The position numbers were made by a program, and so were the translations under genes. This document shows, in pieces, positions 1 to 9,457 of a stretch of 64,000 nt of DNA. Every line of letters begins with the position of its first letter. Within the stretch, counting starts at the first letter, position 1. Source of the stretch: a virus; the IMG/VR virus record IMGVR_UViG_3300048548_000653, positions 12,978 to 76,977 of that record. The stretch is one strand, 5' to 3'. The notes beneath the pieces are model-generated. The model was not told the origin of the DNA, ran no database searches, and saw only the letters and a program-made list of their open reading frames with translations.

Positions 1-81
1 ATATCCATTTATAATAATTTTATAGTAACGAGGTCCAATAATCTCATCAACTAATTCTTTTTTTTCTTCACTGGTTGCCAT
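1..81 (-). CDS. hypothetical protein, 5' part only (runs off window)
   Basis: ATG at 81, open frame MATSEEKKELVDEIIGPRYYKIIINGY to the window edge. Confidence 0.5.
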   Translation of the reverse strand, partial: MATSEEKKELVDEIIGPRYYKIIINGY

Positions 82-148
82 AGTTTCTTCCATTCTATAT
101 TCTAACACGACTAGTGTAACATAAATATTCTTGGAGGTCAACCTTTTT

Positions 149-1075
149 ATGAATTCAACATTAGTTTGTGTAATATGTGATAGAGATTTATGGAACTTTG
201 AATTACTAGTAAGATCTATAAACAAATTTTTACAGCCTTGTAGATTAGTTTTTATTTACAATGAAGATGCAGCAAGATATCCTCATTTTAGAAAATGGTA
301 TAAAGAAACTTGTGATCCTCTTTTAGTAAAATTTGATACAAAACTATATCATAAGGATTTATTTTTTAATGATTATGACTTGAATGACATAGAATATAGG
401 CTACATACTGAGCCTATTTATAATCAACAATTGTTAAAGTTATTTGTATCAGATATAGTCACAACAGAAAATTACACTGTATTTGATTGTAAAAACTTTT
501 TTGTAAAGCCTTGTAGATTAAGTGACGTAAAACAAACACATCCTGAAGATATATCATTTGCCGATCATTATTTGAGATCTTGGTGTATGGTTTGCTGTGC
601 AAAGCTAGATGTAAGATTTAGAGGTGTGCAACATTTAAAACTTAGTACGAATATAACTCCATTTGTTATGAAGAAGAAATCAGTACAAAAACTTGTAAAA
701 CATTTCAAAGGCAAAAAAGAATTGCACAAGTGGATGCTAAGTTGGTGCGGTGAATATTCTAATATGGCTGAATTTTATCTATATGAAATATATTGCATTG
801 CAAAAGGTATACAAGATCAAGGAAATGTACCAGGTAACACATTAACCATTTGGGAGCATTGTTTTAAAGATCCGCGAATGTTAAAAGGATTAGAATTTTA
901 TATAAAAAGTGAAGAGCATAATGCAGCTTTAATGGGATACAAATATTTTGTAGCTGGATTACATACACATACAAGAAAATATTTAGATCCTAAAGATATA
1001 AAAGAATTATTCAAATACTTTGATATGGAAGACTGTTGGCCGGAACGAGGATGCCCTTTTATAAAGGCAGTTTAA
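149..1075 (+). CDS. DUF6492-like / nucleotide-sugar transferase-like protein
   Basis: QQLLKL...TENYTVFDCKNFF motif resembles DUF6492; ATG at 149 follows GGAGG. Confidence 0.5.
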   Translation: MNSTLVCVICDRDLWNFELLVRSINKFLQPCRLVFIYNEDAARYPHFRKWYKETCDPLLVKFDTKLYHKDLFFNDYDLNDIEYRLHTEPIYNQQLLKLFVSDIVTTENYTVFDCKNFFVKPCRLSDVKQTHPEDISFADHYLRSWCMVCCAKLDVRFRGVQHLKLSTNITPFVMKKKSVQKLVKHFKGKKELHKWMLSWCGEYSNMAEFYLYEIYCIAKGIQDQGNVPGNTLTIWEHCFKDPRMLKGLEFYIKSEEHNAALMGYKYFVAGLHTHTRKYLDPKDIKELFKYFDMEDCWPERGCPFIKAV

Positions 1076-1118
1076 TGGTAAATACCTATAGAGCGTGAGG
1101 GCGCTTATTGGAGCAAGA

Positions 1119-1397
1119 ATGGACTTTTTATCACTAGTAGCTGATGTTGGTTTTCCTATTGCCGCAGCGGGTGCCGCAGGGGGATTTGTTTTTTTAACAC
1201 TGAAGTTTATACTAGCAGGTGTTACTTCAAGTGTCACAACACTAAAAAATATAATTGGGCAACTGGATAATCGTGTCCAAACTATGAATAATGATCTTGT
1301 TAAGATTGATGCATTATTAAGTTATGCATTAAACGTTAGACCAAATACAGATCGAATCGCAGCAAATGAAGGAAAAGATGATGCCAGACGGGACTGA
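1119..1397 (+). CDS. YvrJ-like single-TM coiled-coil membrane protein
   Basis: DVGFPIAA TM helix followed by heptad region; GGAG before ATG 1119. Confidence 0.5.
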   Translation: MDFLSLVADVGFPIAAAGAAGGFVFLTLKFILAGVTSSVTTLKNIIGQLDNRVQTMNNDLVKIDALLSYALNVRPNTDRIAANEGKDDARRD

Positions 1398-1575
1398 TGA
1401 CAAAGGCAAGTTAGAACTTGCAATAAGAATTTTAGGAAACGAATTAGTTGCATTTAGAATGGACGTAGACGATTTCAAAATGAAATGGCTAGTTATGGGA
1501 GTAGTTGCTATAGTAGCACTAGGTTGGACTGCTGGAGAATTTGGGCCAGCACTAATTAGTATGTTCGGTGAATAA
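1378..1575 (+). CDS. small membrane protein
   Basis: C-terminal hydrophobic helix; tightly packed between neighbours. Confidence 0.55.
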   Translation: MMPDGTDDKGKLELAIRILGNELVAFRMDVDDFKMKWLVMGVVAIVALGWTAGEFGPALISMFGE

Positions 1576-1929
1576 ATGGATTTAGGCAAGGTAATAGCAG
1601 AGTATGGATTTCCTATTGTTGCAACAATGGGTATGGCCTACTTTATATTCTTTATTTGGAAATGGGTTACAAATGAAATTGACGTAGTTATTGGTCAAGC
1701 AATGGGTACACTAATTAAACTTGTTGACCGTGTGCGTATGCTAGACAATGATCTTATCCGTTTAAACAGTAAACTAAGTATGGTTTTAGAATATCGTGCA
1801 AAACTTAATCCTCAACGTCAAGACGAGTTACAACGTTTAGTTGATGAATACAAAACCCAAAGCAATGATTTTGATTCAGGTGGCAACAAAGAAACTAAAG
1901 AGCCGTTAAAAAAGAGAACGGCAAGGTGA
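1576..1929 (+). CDS. YvrJ-like membrane protein, paralog of 1119..1397
   Basis: EYGFPIVA TM and DRVRMLDNDLIRL align with GFPIAA and NRVQTMNNDLVKI. Confidence 0.55.
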   Translation: MDLGKVIAEYGFPIVATMGMAYFIFFIWKWVTNEIDVVIGQAMGTLIKLVDRVRMLDNDLIRLNSKLSMVLEYRAKLNPQRQDELQRLVDEYKTQSNDFDSGGNKETKEPLKKRTAR

Positions 1930-2051
1930 GCGGTCCTGTTCGCCAGTGTAAAACTTGCGGACACGATTGCCATTGCAATAAGCCGGATTGTTCTAAGTGT
2001 GTAAATGATGTTTGCTTCAGATGTGATTGCGAAGATAAAATAAAAAAATAA
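1926..2051 (+). CDS. Cys-rich metallothionein-like mini-protein (41 aa; not in ORF track)
   Basis: GTGA overlap with upstream stop; MSGPVRQCKTCGHDCHCNKPDCSKCVNDVCFRCDCEDKIKK has 9 Cys and 2 His. Confidence 0.65.
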   Translation: MSGPVRQCKTCGHDCHCNKPDCSKCVNDVCFRCDCEDKIKK

Positions 2052-2059
2052 GTAAATGT

Positions 2060-2332
2060 ATGAGATATTATATTGGACAATGCGAATATAAATGGTCGCA
2101 CGTCAACAAGCCAATGGAAGCGATGTGGATACAACGAGAAATTGGTGCAGATATTTTTAAAACAGTAGAAGAAAATGATTGGCAGTGGGTTTGGTTACGT
2201 ACTAATAGTCAAACTTTACCAGAAGACATTTATTGTCGTTGTGACATTTACGTAGAAATACCAAATAGCAAACAGGGTACTTTGTTTATGTTAAAGTATC
2301 CTAGCGCAAAACTAGTGGAGAAAGCATTATGA
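2060..2332 (+). CDS. hypothetical protein
   Basis: 90-aa ORF; ATGA overlap with next gene. Confidence 0.6.
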   Translation: MRYYIGQCEYKWSHVNKPMEAMWIQREIGADIFKTVEENDWQWVWLRTNSQTLPEDIYCRCDIYVEIPNSKQGTLFMLKYPSAKLVEKAL

Positions 2333-2556
2333 TGTGGGTAGACTATAATATTGATAGTATTCCTGGCGGTAAAGGATTTAAGGTGAAGGGCGATTGGGAA
2401 GGTGAAGTAATGGGTGTAGCTCAAGATGGCACACAAAAAGATCATTGGTTATACAAGCCCGGCGATGTATTTGTTGTAAATGAAAGTGGTTGGTTAGTTA
2501 AGACTGACGAAGTGAATGCACTTCTTCTGAAACACGAGAGTACGAATTCTGAATAA
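2329..2556 (+). CDS. hypothetical protein
   Basis: 75-aa ORF with GGAG RBS, coupled to upstream gene. Confidence 0.6.
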   Translation: MMWVDYNIDSIPGGKGFKVKGDWEGEVMGVAQDGTQKDHWLYKPGDVFVVNESGWLVKTDEVNALLLKHESTNSE

Positions 2557-3166
2557 CTTCGGCAACCTGATGTGATACCATAGTTTCATAATGCGTGTGT
2601 GCTAGTTCTACCTTATCCATATCATTCCTTGATTGCATACTTTCAAGTGTAACAACGCCGTCATTAGGGCCTCCGTGATATGGTACCATTCCGCTAGTAG
2701 TAATTATCTGTGTCCAAGGAATGTTTAATTTTACATCAGTTGCATTTTTTATAGGCAAACTTCTACGACCTACATCTCTAAATAATGGATAACTAGGAAC
2801 AATATATTTTGCCCAGTCTGCTGTCCAGCTTCCAGCAAACGGTGTGCTAATACTTACACCTCCTACTATTCTATGCATCTGTGTTAGGTGTAAAGCATAT
2901 AATCCACCCATACTGTGTCCTATGACAAAGTGTGGTCCTTTGTTTTGAATTTGTTCGCTTATCTTATCAAGATTATAGTAAAACTTATCAGCACTACTAT
3001 AATTTACAAAAATTTCATTTGTAAATTTAGTTTTATTTCGTAAATAATTAAAACTTAAACTAGTTTGGTTTGCCCCGTGTATCCAAATAACATTTATGTC
3101 ATCGGTTTTACGCTTTTCTTCAACAAAAGGCTTATTAAAATAATTCTTGAACAATAAATGCAGCAT
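2498..3166 (-). CDS. alpha/beta hydrolase (lipase/esterase-like)
   Basis: IHGANQ oxyanion loop, GHSMG nucleophile elbow, NDGVV Asp, C-terminal His. Confidence 0.8.
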   Translation of the reverse strand: MLHLLFKNYFNKPFVEEKRKTDDINVIWIHGANQTSLSFNYLRNKTKFTNEIFVNYSSADKFYYNLDKISEQIQNKGPHFVIGHSMGGLYALHLTQMHRIVGGVSISTPFAGSWTADWAKYIVPSYPLFRDVGRRSLPIKNATDVKLNIPWTQIITTSGMVPYHGGPNDGVVTLESMQSRNDMDKVELAHTHYETMVSHQVAEVIQNSYSRVSEEVHSLRQS

Positions 3167-3169
3167 ATA

Positions 3170-5215
3170 TTATTTACTTGTGGCCACAAAAACGCCATTC
3201 CAATCTGAAGGCAAGTCTTGTGTTTTCATATACTCGCATCGTTCAATCCACATATCATAATATTTTTCCATTCTATGGTCAAAATTAGTGTATATTGTTT
3301 TACATAAACGTATAGCTTCATCCCAGTCCTGTGCTTTATATGCAGTATGCATATCGGCGTGTCTACGTTGGGGAACAGACCAAGCAGGTGGACCGCCATC
3401 GAGTACTGTATATATACTAAGTCCTACACTTTTGCCTTTGACTTGCAAGTCATCTACTTTGAGATAGAAGAAATCGTCTTTTGTTTGCTCGTATGTAGAT
3501 TCTCCAACAAGTAGTAGACATCCGTACTCTTTACACTTGCTTTCTACTCTTGCTGCGGTGCTGACAGCGTCTCCAAGGACATCATATGAATGACGTTTAG
3601 TACTTCCCATTTCACCAAGGTAACCCAACCCTGTGTTGATACCAGCACCCATACCAACAGCAGGACGACCATCAGGTATAATAACTTTTTCATTAAATTT
3701 TTCCACTGCTTTAAGCATATCTAAGCCACACTGTACTGCTGAACGAGCGTGGTTAGGATCATCTATAGGCGCATTGTGTATGTGCATACTTGCATCGCCT
3801 ATGTACTTGATAATCATTCCATCCATATCTAAAACAGGTTGTGTAATACTGTCCATATAGCCATTCATAATTTTAGTAAGACCTTTAACATCATCACCAA
3901 AAGATTCACCTAGTGGTGTAAATCCACGCAAATCACTGAACACTATACTAACTTCTTTTTTCATTCCTTCTTTGATTAAAGCAGGATTTTCTTGTAACAT
4001 ACGCACAACTGTAGGAGATGCATATCCAGCAAACTGTTTTTTGATAGCGTTCTTTTGTAAAAACTCGTCAACAAACTTTAATACATAACGTATTAATCCT
4101 ACAAGAATTAAAAATGCAGCAGGTAAAGCACCGTCTACGAGCAAGGCATACTGTGCAAAAATATAGTTGCTACCATAAATGCTGCCGCCAACTGCAAGCA
4201 CAAAAAAGGCTATACCTACATATGTCCATCGTGCGATTAAAATTAGTACTATACCTACTGCTATAAAGGCGGCTAACTCTGCCCACTGTTCTGCGTCTGG
4301 ATGTCTGCTAATATTTGATTGATTAAACACTGTTCCTAGCATTGCTGCTTGTACTTCGTGTGGAAATACGCTGCCTGCTGCTGTTGCTAGTGGCTGTGTA
4401 AGCCCTGCTGCTGTTGGTCCTACAAACACTATACCGCCAGCAAAGTCATCTGGTAAGTCTACTGCGCTCACGCTTTTGCTGCGTTGGCTCCAGTCTATCC
4501 ACACTTCGCCTGTAGGTGATGTTTGTATTATACCAAACTGCGGTATGCGTAGTTTGTCTACACCCATAGGTGATAGTTTGATTTGGAACGAAGGATCACC
4601 TGCTAGAACACGTAGCACTTCCATTGTAACATTTGGATACAATGTGCCGCCGCTTTCAACCACTAAAGGTATTCGTCTTGTTACGCCGTCTACTTCTGCC
4701 CAACTGTTGGTTATTCCACTGCCTACTGCCGAGAATTCCACATCAGGTACATTAGCAATAATACCAGGAACACTAGGAATGGTACCAATATAATCGCTGT
4801 TAACAATAGTAGCACCAGGATTGATCGCTTCATTCTTATTCTCCTCTGCACCCAACATTGTAACGATAACAGGCAATTGCTGCATAGTTAAGGCTAATGT
4901 AGCATCTTCACCTGATCTGTCTGTTTCCGACATCAACACATTGAACACCACTAGTCCAGCGCCTCTGGCATATAAATCCTCTATAAGGCTACCATAATCA
5001 CCTCTCGGCCACGGCCATTGTCCGTATGCCTCTAAACTTGGTTCATCGATGTTCACTGTGTAAATGTTGTTTTCAACAGGTTGTTGATTTACAATAAGTG
5101 TGTCAAAGTATCGTAGTTTAAGACTTTCTAAAAATGGTGGATTACTTTGCATTACCCACGCAAGAATGCCCAAAACTATAATGCTCCATATTGGGGAAAA
5201 TATTAGTTTTTTCAT
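3170..5215 (-). CDS. CHASE2-domain class III adenylate/guanylate cyclase
   Basis: N-terminal TM; CHASE2 motifs (IDEPSL..GQWPWPR, DGVTRR); 3 TMs; cyclase motifs FSDLRGFT, KYIGDA, GINTG, YDVLGDAVSTAAR; C-terminal WNGVF. Confidence 0.92.
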   Translation of the reverse strand: MKKLIFSPIWSIIVLGILAWVMQSNPPFLESLKLRYFDTLIVNQQPVENNIYTVNIDEPSLEAYGQWPWPRGDYGSLIEDLYARGAGLVVFNVLMSETDRSGEDATLALTMQQLPVIVTMLGAEENKNEAINPGATIVNSDYIGTIPSVPGIIANVPDVEFSAVGSGITNSWAEVDGVTRRIPLVVESGGTLYPNVTMEVLRVLAGDPSFQIKLSPMGVDKLRIPQFGIIQTSPTGEVWIDWSQRSKSVSAVDLPDDFAGGIVFVGPTAAGLTQPLATAAGSVFPHEVQAAMLGTVFNQSNISRHPDAEQWAELAAFIAVGIVLILIARWTYVGIAFFVLAVGGSIYGSNYIFAQYALLVDGALPAAFLILVGLIRYVLKFVDEFLQKNAIKKQFAGYASPTVVRMLQENPALIKEGMKKEVSIVFSDLRGFTPLGESFGDDVKGLTKIMNGYMDSITQPVLDMDGMIIKYIGDASMHIHNAPIDDPNHARSAVQCGLDMLKAVEKFNEKVIIPDGRPAVGMGAGINTGLGYLGEMGSTKRHSYDVLGDAVSTAARVESKCKEYGCLLLVGESTYEQTKDDFFYLKVDDLQVKGKSVGLSIYTVLDGGPPAWSVPQRRHADMHTAYKAQDWDEAIRLCKTIYTNFDHRMEKYYDMWIERCEYMKTQDLPSDWNGVFVATSK

Positions 5216-5382
5216 TTATTCAAATCTATCCAAACACAATCTACAGTTTGATTTCTATCTGTCACAAGCACTGCTGCTTTACTTAATGCTGTAACACAAT
5301 CTTCTTTGTCAGCATAATTAGCTAAGTGATAAAGTTCCATTTCCTGAGTGCTTGTTAGTGCTAACCATATTAGTGCCCACAT
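5212..5382 (-). CDS. small exported two-Cys protein (56 aa; not in ORF track)
   Basis: MWALIWLALTSTQEMELYHLANYADKEDC...VDCVWIDLNK; ATGA overlap with cyclase start. Confidence 0.6.
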   Translation of the reverse strand: MWALIWLALTSTQEMELYHLANYADKEDCVTALSKAAVLVTDRNQTVDCVWIDLNK

Positions 5383-5546
5383 AATACTTTCTCCACTAGT
5401 GCTGACTTTAAATGCTCACCATTTTTAACTAGAAACTCTCTAATGTGTTTGTTGCTTGCGTCTGCTAATATCGACATTTCTTCTCCAACCATTACTGTAT
5501 CTGCAGGTAATTTGTCAGCCACAGGTATTTCCTTTTCAAATTTCAT
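5370..5546 (-). CDS. hypothetical protein
   Basis: GGAGAGGGCA before ATG 5546. Confidence 0.55.
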   Translation of the reverse strand: MKFEKEIPVADKLPADTVMVGEEMSILADASNKHIREFLVKNGEHLKSALVEKVLCGH

Positions 5547-5566
5547 TGCCCTCTCCTTACGAGTAT

Positions 5567-5935
5567 TTACCAAGTTTTTTTATTTAACTTAGCTTTTAAT
5601 GAATCCTGCTCTTCACGCTTCTTCCTGGCTTTCTCAACTTCTGCCATAGTATCTTCATACCAGTTTTCATTGTTTACTTTAGCAGTCTTTTTCCGTACTC
5701 TGGGTTGGGAATGTCCGGGTACTTCCAATATAGTACTGGGCTCTTTTTCTCTTTTGGTTTCAATTTGAATCCTTTGTGCTGGTGGCGGAAAATTGTTACG
5801 GAGTCGTTTGATTCGTTCTTGTAGTTCTTTTTGTTTTGACTCATAGTATCTTTCATACATTTTTTCCTTAAAACGTTTGTCTACCATTTCTATTATAAAT
5901 GGTTGTAAAAAACGTGCAAGTAAACGGCCTAACAT
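5567..5935 (-). CDS. hypothetical basic protein
   Basis: TAATG coupling to upstream gene. Confidence 0.55.
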   Translation of the reverse strand: MLGRLLARFLQPFIIEMVDKRFKEKMYERYYESKQKELQERIKRLRNNFPPPAQRIQIETKREKEPSTILEVPGHSQPRVRKKTAKVNNENWYEDTMAEVEKARKKREEQDSLKAKLNKKTW

Positions 5936-6417
5936 TACCAACTTCCATTAATTTTTCCGATTATGTAAACTACAAACACAAGCAAACCTGCACCTATAAT
6001 TGCTGCTATTGACCCAACTATCCATTCTACAATAACTTGTTTGCGTTCTTCTTTTGCATAAACTTCGGCAGCACGTTTTTTACGCATTTCACCTTCAATG
6101 CGTACAATTTCGTCCCAAGCACTTGGACCGTAGTAAAAGCTGATGTGCGTTTTCATTTCTTCACGCATTTCTTTTGCTTTCTGTTTGTGTCCCCAAATTT
6201 CTAGAGCATTTTGCTCTATTTGACTTGCGCCAAACAGTTTTTTGAACATTGGTGGATTTTGTGCTTGTTTGTGTGAAAAGTCTAAATCACTCATTGCGCC
6301 TGCCCACTGCGATAGTGTGCCTGCCATATCGTGCAGTTCTTTTCCGGTGTCTATTGCTGACTTGATTCCGCGATATGCTGCCGTGGCCAGACCAATAGCT
6401 GATACTGGATCTATCAT
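5935..6417 (-). CDS. phage membrane protein with C-terminal TM
   Basis: MIDPVSAIGLA start, helical core, C-terminal hydrophobic helix. Confidence 0.6.
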   Translation of the reverse strand: MIDPVSAIGLATAAYRGIKSAIDTGKELHDMAGTLSQWAGAMSDLDFSHKQAQNPPMFKKLFGASQIEQNALEIWGHKQKAKEMREEMKTHISFYYGPSAWDEIVRIEGEMRKKRAAEVYAKEERKQVIVEWIVGSIAAIIGAGLLVFVVYIIGKINGSW

Positions 6418-6459
6418 TTGCCCTCATTTCTAGTAGATGCCCTCTACTAAAGGTATTTA

Positions 6460-8367
6460 TCAAAACTGGATTTTAAGACCAACACTTAACATATTGCTAC
6501 TAGCGTCATCACTGATACTTCTTTGAAAGTCGCCTACAAACTTTACATTTTCTGTAACTTGCTTGTCAATGCCAATACCAATATTTGTAGTACCTTCGGT
6601 GGTTCTACTAATATGTGCTGTACCAAAGTCGAGATCAAAATTAGCACCTAGTGTAGCATAACGATACGATTCATCAATTGCTTCGTGAACTATAGCACTT
6701 TGTACACTTCCTGTTTCTGTATAAGCATCTGTTGAACGCTTGCCTGCTACAATACCTAGCACTGGACGAACTTGTCCTGTGTTTGGTTCAACTTCTACAT
6801 TTACCCAAGTGTCACTAATAGCATATTCGCCTTGGTTAGTAAAGGTACCAATGTGTCTTTCATATGTAATATCTTGACTAGCACGATTGATTGTACCACG
6901 TACTGTGAATTCATCTAATGCTTTGCTTGCTCCTACGCCCATATGTAGAGTGGTCATATCACCTGTACTACAAGCGTCAGCTTTTGTAGTTATTCTGTTG
7001 ATACCACCTTCAATGGTGATTAAATCGTCTGTAGTGGTCGATCCACCGATACCTAACACACGACTTTCAGCACTACATCCGTGCCCTAAATCTGATGTAA
7101 TACGGCTACCAGCTACATAATCAGCAAAACCCAAACTGTGTAAGTCTACAGCTTGTCCAATCTTTTTACCAGTGTCCATACGTCCTGTAAAGCTGCCTGG
7201 GTCAGTTACAGTTGATACTGCTACTGAATCTGCTGCTGCGCTTGAAGTAAGTGTGCCATCAGTGTATGTATTAGTAACCATAGGTGTTGTAACTATTGTA
7301 GTAGTTTCTCTTGCTATAGTTTGCACGCCTGCTGCTGTTGTGCTATTGTGTGTAGTTTGTGACTGTGTTAGCACTGGCATACTAGTGTCTACAACAGTTT
7401 CAGTTGTAATCACTGGTTCTGCTGCTCCGGCTGCTGCGTCTGTAGCACTACCAACATCTTCTAATGTACCCCAACTACTGATGTCACCACCGCCACCTGC
7501 GCCTGCTGTAATAGCAGCATCGGCAGCATCAAACGCACTTGGTCCAAATATGTATGCGTAACTTGCTGTAAGTATATCGCCTGTGCTTACATCGGCCCAG
7601 TTCCAACTTAGTCCAATAGTGTTGTCGCCTGTGTTTGTGTTTGACTCTGAGTCAAAAGCATTTTCTGTATAAGCATCTGCCTCTGTTGACCAGCCTGTAA
7701 TACCTGCATCAACGTTAGAGTCTGTAGAGTACAGTCCTAGGGCATAGCGTGATACTGTTGCTTCTGCAAATGCTACGTTACTATCTGGAATAACACCATA
7801 ACCTAGCACGTTGTCTGTAGCACTAGTATCGCCTGCTTCTGGCATAGCATCTGGATCAATAAAGCGTCCAAAGCTAAGTGCAGTAGCATCACTACCTGCT
7901 GTAATCTGTGTGCCAATCTCAATGTGTTCTGATGTATCACCTAATGTATATGTGTTTTCTATTTCCCATCCACTGTGAGCAGAATTTGTACCAGTCCAAG
8001 TAAGTGAATTATCACCGTTTGTTAAACCATCTGCATCTACCCAAGTACTTCCGCCCTGGTTATTATTTTTGCTGTTAGTACCATCTATCTTAATAGCAAA
8101 GCCATCAAACGGTGAACCTGGTGTTAGGTAGTCGCCTTGTGCGCTATCTGCTGGAAATGTGCCTGAACCTGTGCTGTCAAACTGTAGTCCTGGACGAGTG
8201 CTTCCGCCTGATCCAAAAGTACCTGCTGTGCCATTCACTCCGGCTTTTACATAACTGTTTTCTAGTACACCCATACCTGTTGCTGTTGTACTAATGCTAC
8301 TTGTATCTGCTAATGCTGTTGTACCAAGTAGTGCTGCCATTACACTGGCAATCATTATTCTTTTCAT
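6460..8367 (-). CDS. autotransporter-like outer-membrane protein
   Basis: signal peptide; Ser/Thr/Gly/Asp-rich passenger; Thr-rich linker; amphipathic beta C-terminus ending LKIQF. Confidence 0.65.
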   Translation of the reverse strand: MKRIMIASVMAALLGTTALADTSSISTTATGMGVLENSYVKAGVNGTAGTFGSGGSTRPGLQFDSTGSGTFPADSAQGDYLTPGSPFDGFAIKIDGTNSKNNNQGGSTWVDADGLTNGDNSLTWTGTNSAHSGWEIENTYTLGDTSEHIEIGTQITAGSDATALSFGRFIDPDAMPEAGDTSATDNVLGYGVIPDSNVAFAEATVSRYALGLYSTDSNVDAGITGWSTEADAYTENAFDSESNTNTGDNTIGLSWNWADVSTGDILTASYAYIFGPSAFDAADAAITAGAGGGGDISSWGTLEDVGSATDAAAGAAEPVITTETVVDTSMPVLTQSQTTHNSTTAAGVQTIARETTTIVTTPMVTNTYTDGTLTSSAAADSVAVSTVTDPGSFTGRMDTGKKIGQAVDLHSLGFADYVAGSRITSDLGHGCSAESRVLGIGGSTTTDDLITIEGGINRITTKADACSTGDMTTLHMGVGASKALDEFTVRGTINRASQDITYERHIGTFTNQGEYAISDTWVNVEVEPNTGQVRPVLGIVAGKRSTDAYTETGSVQSAIVHEAIDESYRYATLGANFDLDFGTAHISRTTEGTTNIGIGIDKQVTENVKFVGDFQRSISDDASSNMLSVGLKIQF

Positions 8368-8429
8368 TTTTTACCCTCTTGTTATGATGCCGGTTGCGCC
8401 CTCACGCCGCGGTCCATATTCTTTGATTG

Positions 8430-8777
8430 TTATTTAAGCATAATCTCCAATCCAAAAACTACGCCGATATCTTTACTTTCTATGCCTGGTGCTAAGAACA
8501 TTCTCATTTTACCTACGTCATATGTGCCTCTGACATACGGAGTAAGTGATCCATTGTTGTAGCCTGTTACAAGTGCAGCTTCAAAACCAAAGTTGTTTAT
8601 TTCTTGTCTGTGTCCTGCATATACACTTAAATTTTCTAAACTGTTATAATATGCGCCTGTGATAAAATTTTCGTGTTCAAACCTAATATGGGGATGTACA
8701 CTATTGTAGTGATCGTCAAATCCAAGATGTAAACTTAAACCTAAACTTAATGTGAATGCTTCAATTATACTATTCAT
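8430..8777 (-). CDS. small outer-membrane beta-barrel-like protein
   Basis: alternating beta strands, GAYYNS motif, ends FGLEIMLK. Confidence 0.5.
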   Translation of the reverse strand: MNSIIEAFTLSLGLSLHLGFDDHYNSVHPHIRFEHENFITGAYYNSLENLSVYAGHRQEINNFGFEAALVTGYNNGSLTPYVRGTYDVGKMRMFLAPGIESKDIGVVFGLEIMLK

Positions 8778-9457
8778 TAGTTGTTCCTATTAACAGACAA
8801 ACTACAACCATTACTGTTAGTACAATATCCTGTGACGCTATAATGGCTAGATGCAGTTGAAACATTCTGAGTAAGTTCAAAGTTGTATGCACCGCCTGAA
8901 TTTGTTAAGTCAACTTCTGCTTCTGCATATTCAGTTCCTCTTTGCATAACATCAACTGAGTGTCCGTCTCCTGTGAGTACAACATCTGCCCATTTTTGCC
9001 CACCATTGCCTCTTTGGTACAAGTTAACTTCGTTGTCATCACCTTGTATTTCTACAAAGCCATCGTGTCCTTGTTTTCCCATTTGCGTATGGTTAACTTC
9101 ATTGTTATCACCATTTACTATATTTGCAAGGTGATGTGCTGCGCCTCCACCACTTCTGTTTGTGTCTGTTTGCGCACTTCCCACTGTGTTTCCATCTCCA
9201 GTTATAGTCCAATATGCTTCGTGTCCACCTTCTTCGTCTATGTCAATAGTGCCATCTACGTGCATACCTTGACGAATTGTAATATTGTTAGAACCACCAT
9301 TGCTGTTTAAACTAACATAGTTGTCCTCGCTACGCTGTTGCACTTCCAATTCAAGGTTGTCGCCTGCTTGGTTTATATAGATTTCGTTACTAAAAGCCAC
9401 GTTGGGAAATATTAATACTATTCCCGCCGCCCACGCCAACACGGTAGCCGTATGCAT
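8777..9457 (-). CDS. curlin-repeat protein (CsgA/CsgB-like)
   Basis: signal peptide; repeated Q-x-G / G-D-x-N beta-arch motifs (INQAGDN, IQGDDNEVNLYQRG). Confidence 0.7.
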   Translation of the reverse strand: MHTATVLAWAAGIVLIFPNVAFSNEIYINQAGDNLELEVQQRSEDNYVSLNSNGGSNNITIRQGMHVDGTIDIDEEGGHEAYWTITGDGNTVGSAQTDTNRSGGGAAHHLANIVNGDNNEVNHTQMGKQGHDGFVEIQGDDNEVNLYQRGNGGQKWADVVLTGDGHSVDVMQRGTEYAEAEVDLTNSGGAYNFELTQNVSTASSHYSVTGYCTNSNGCSLSVNRNN

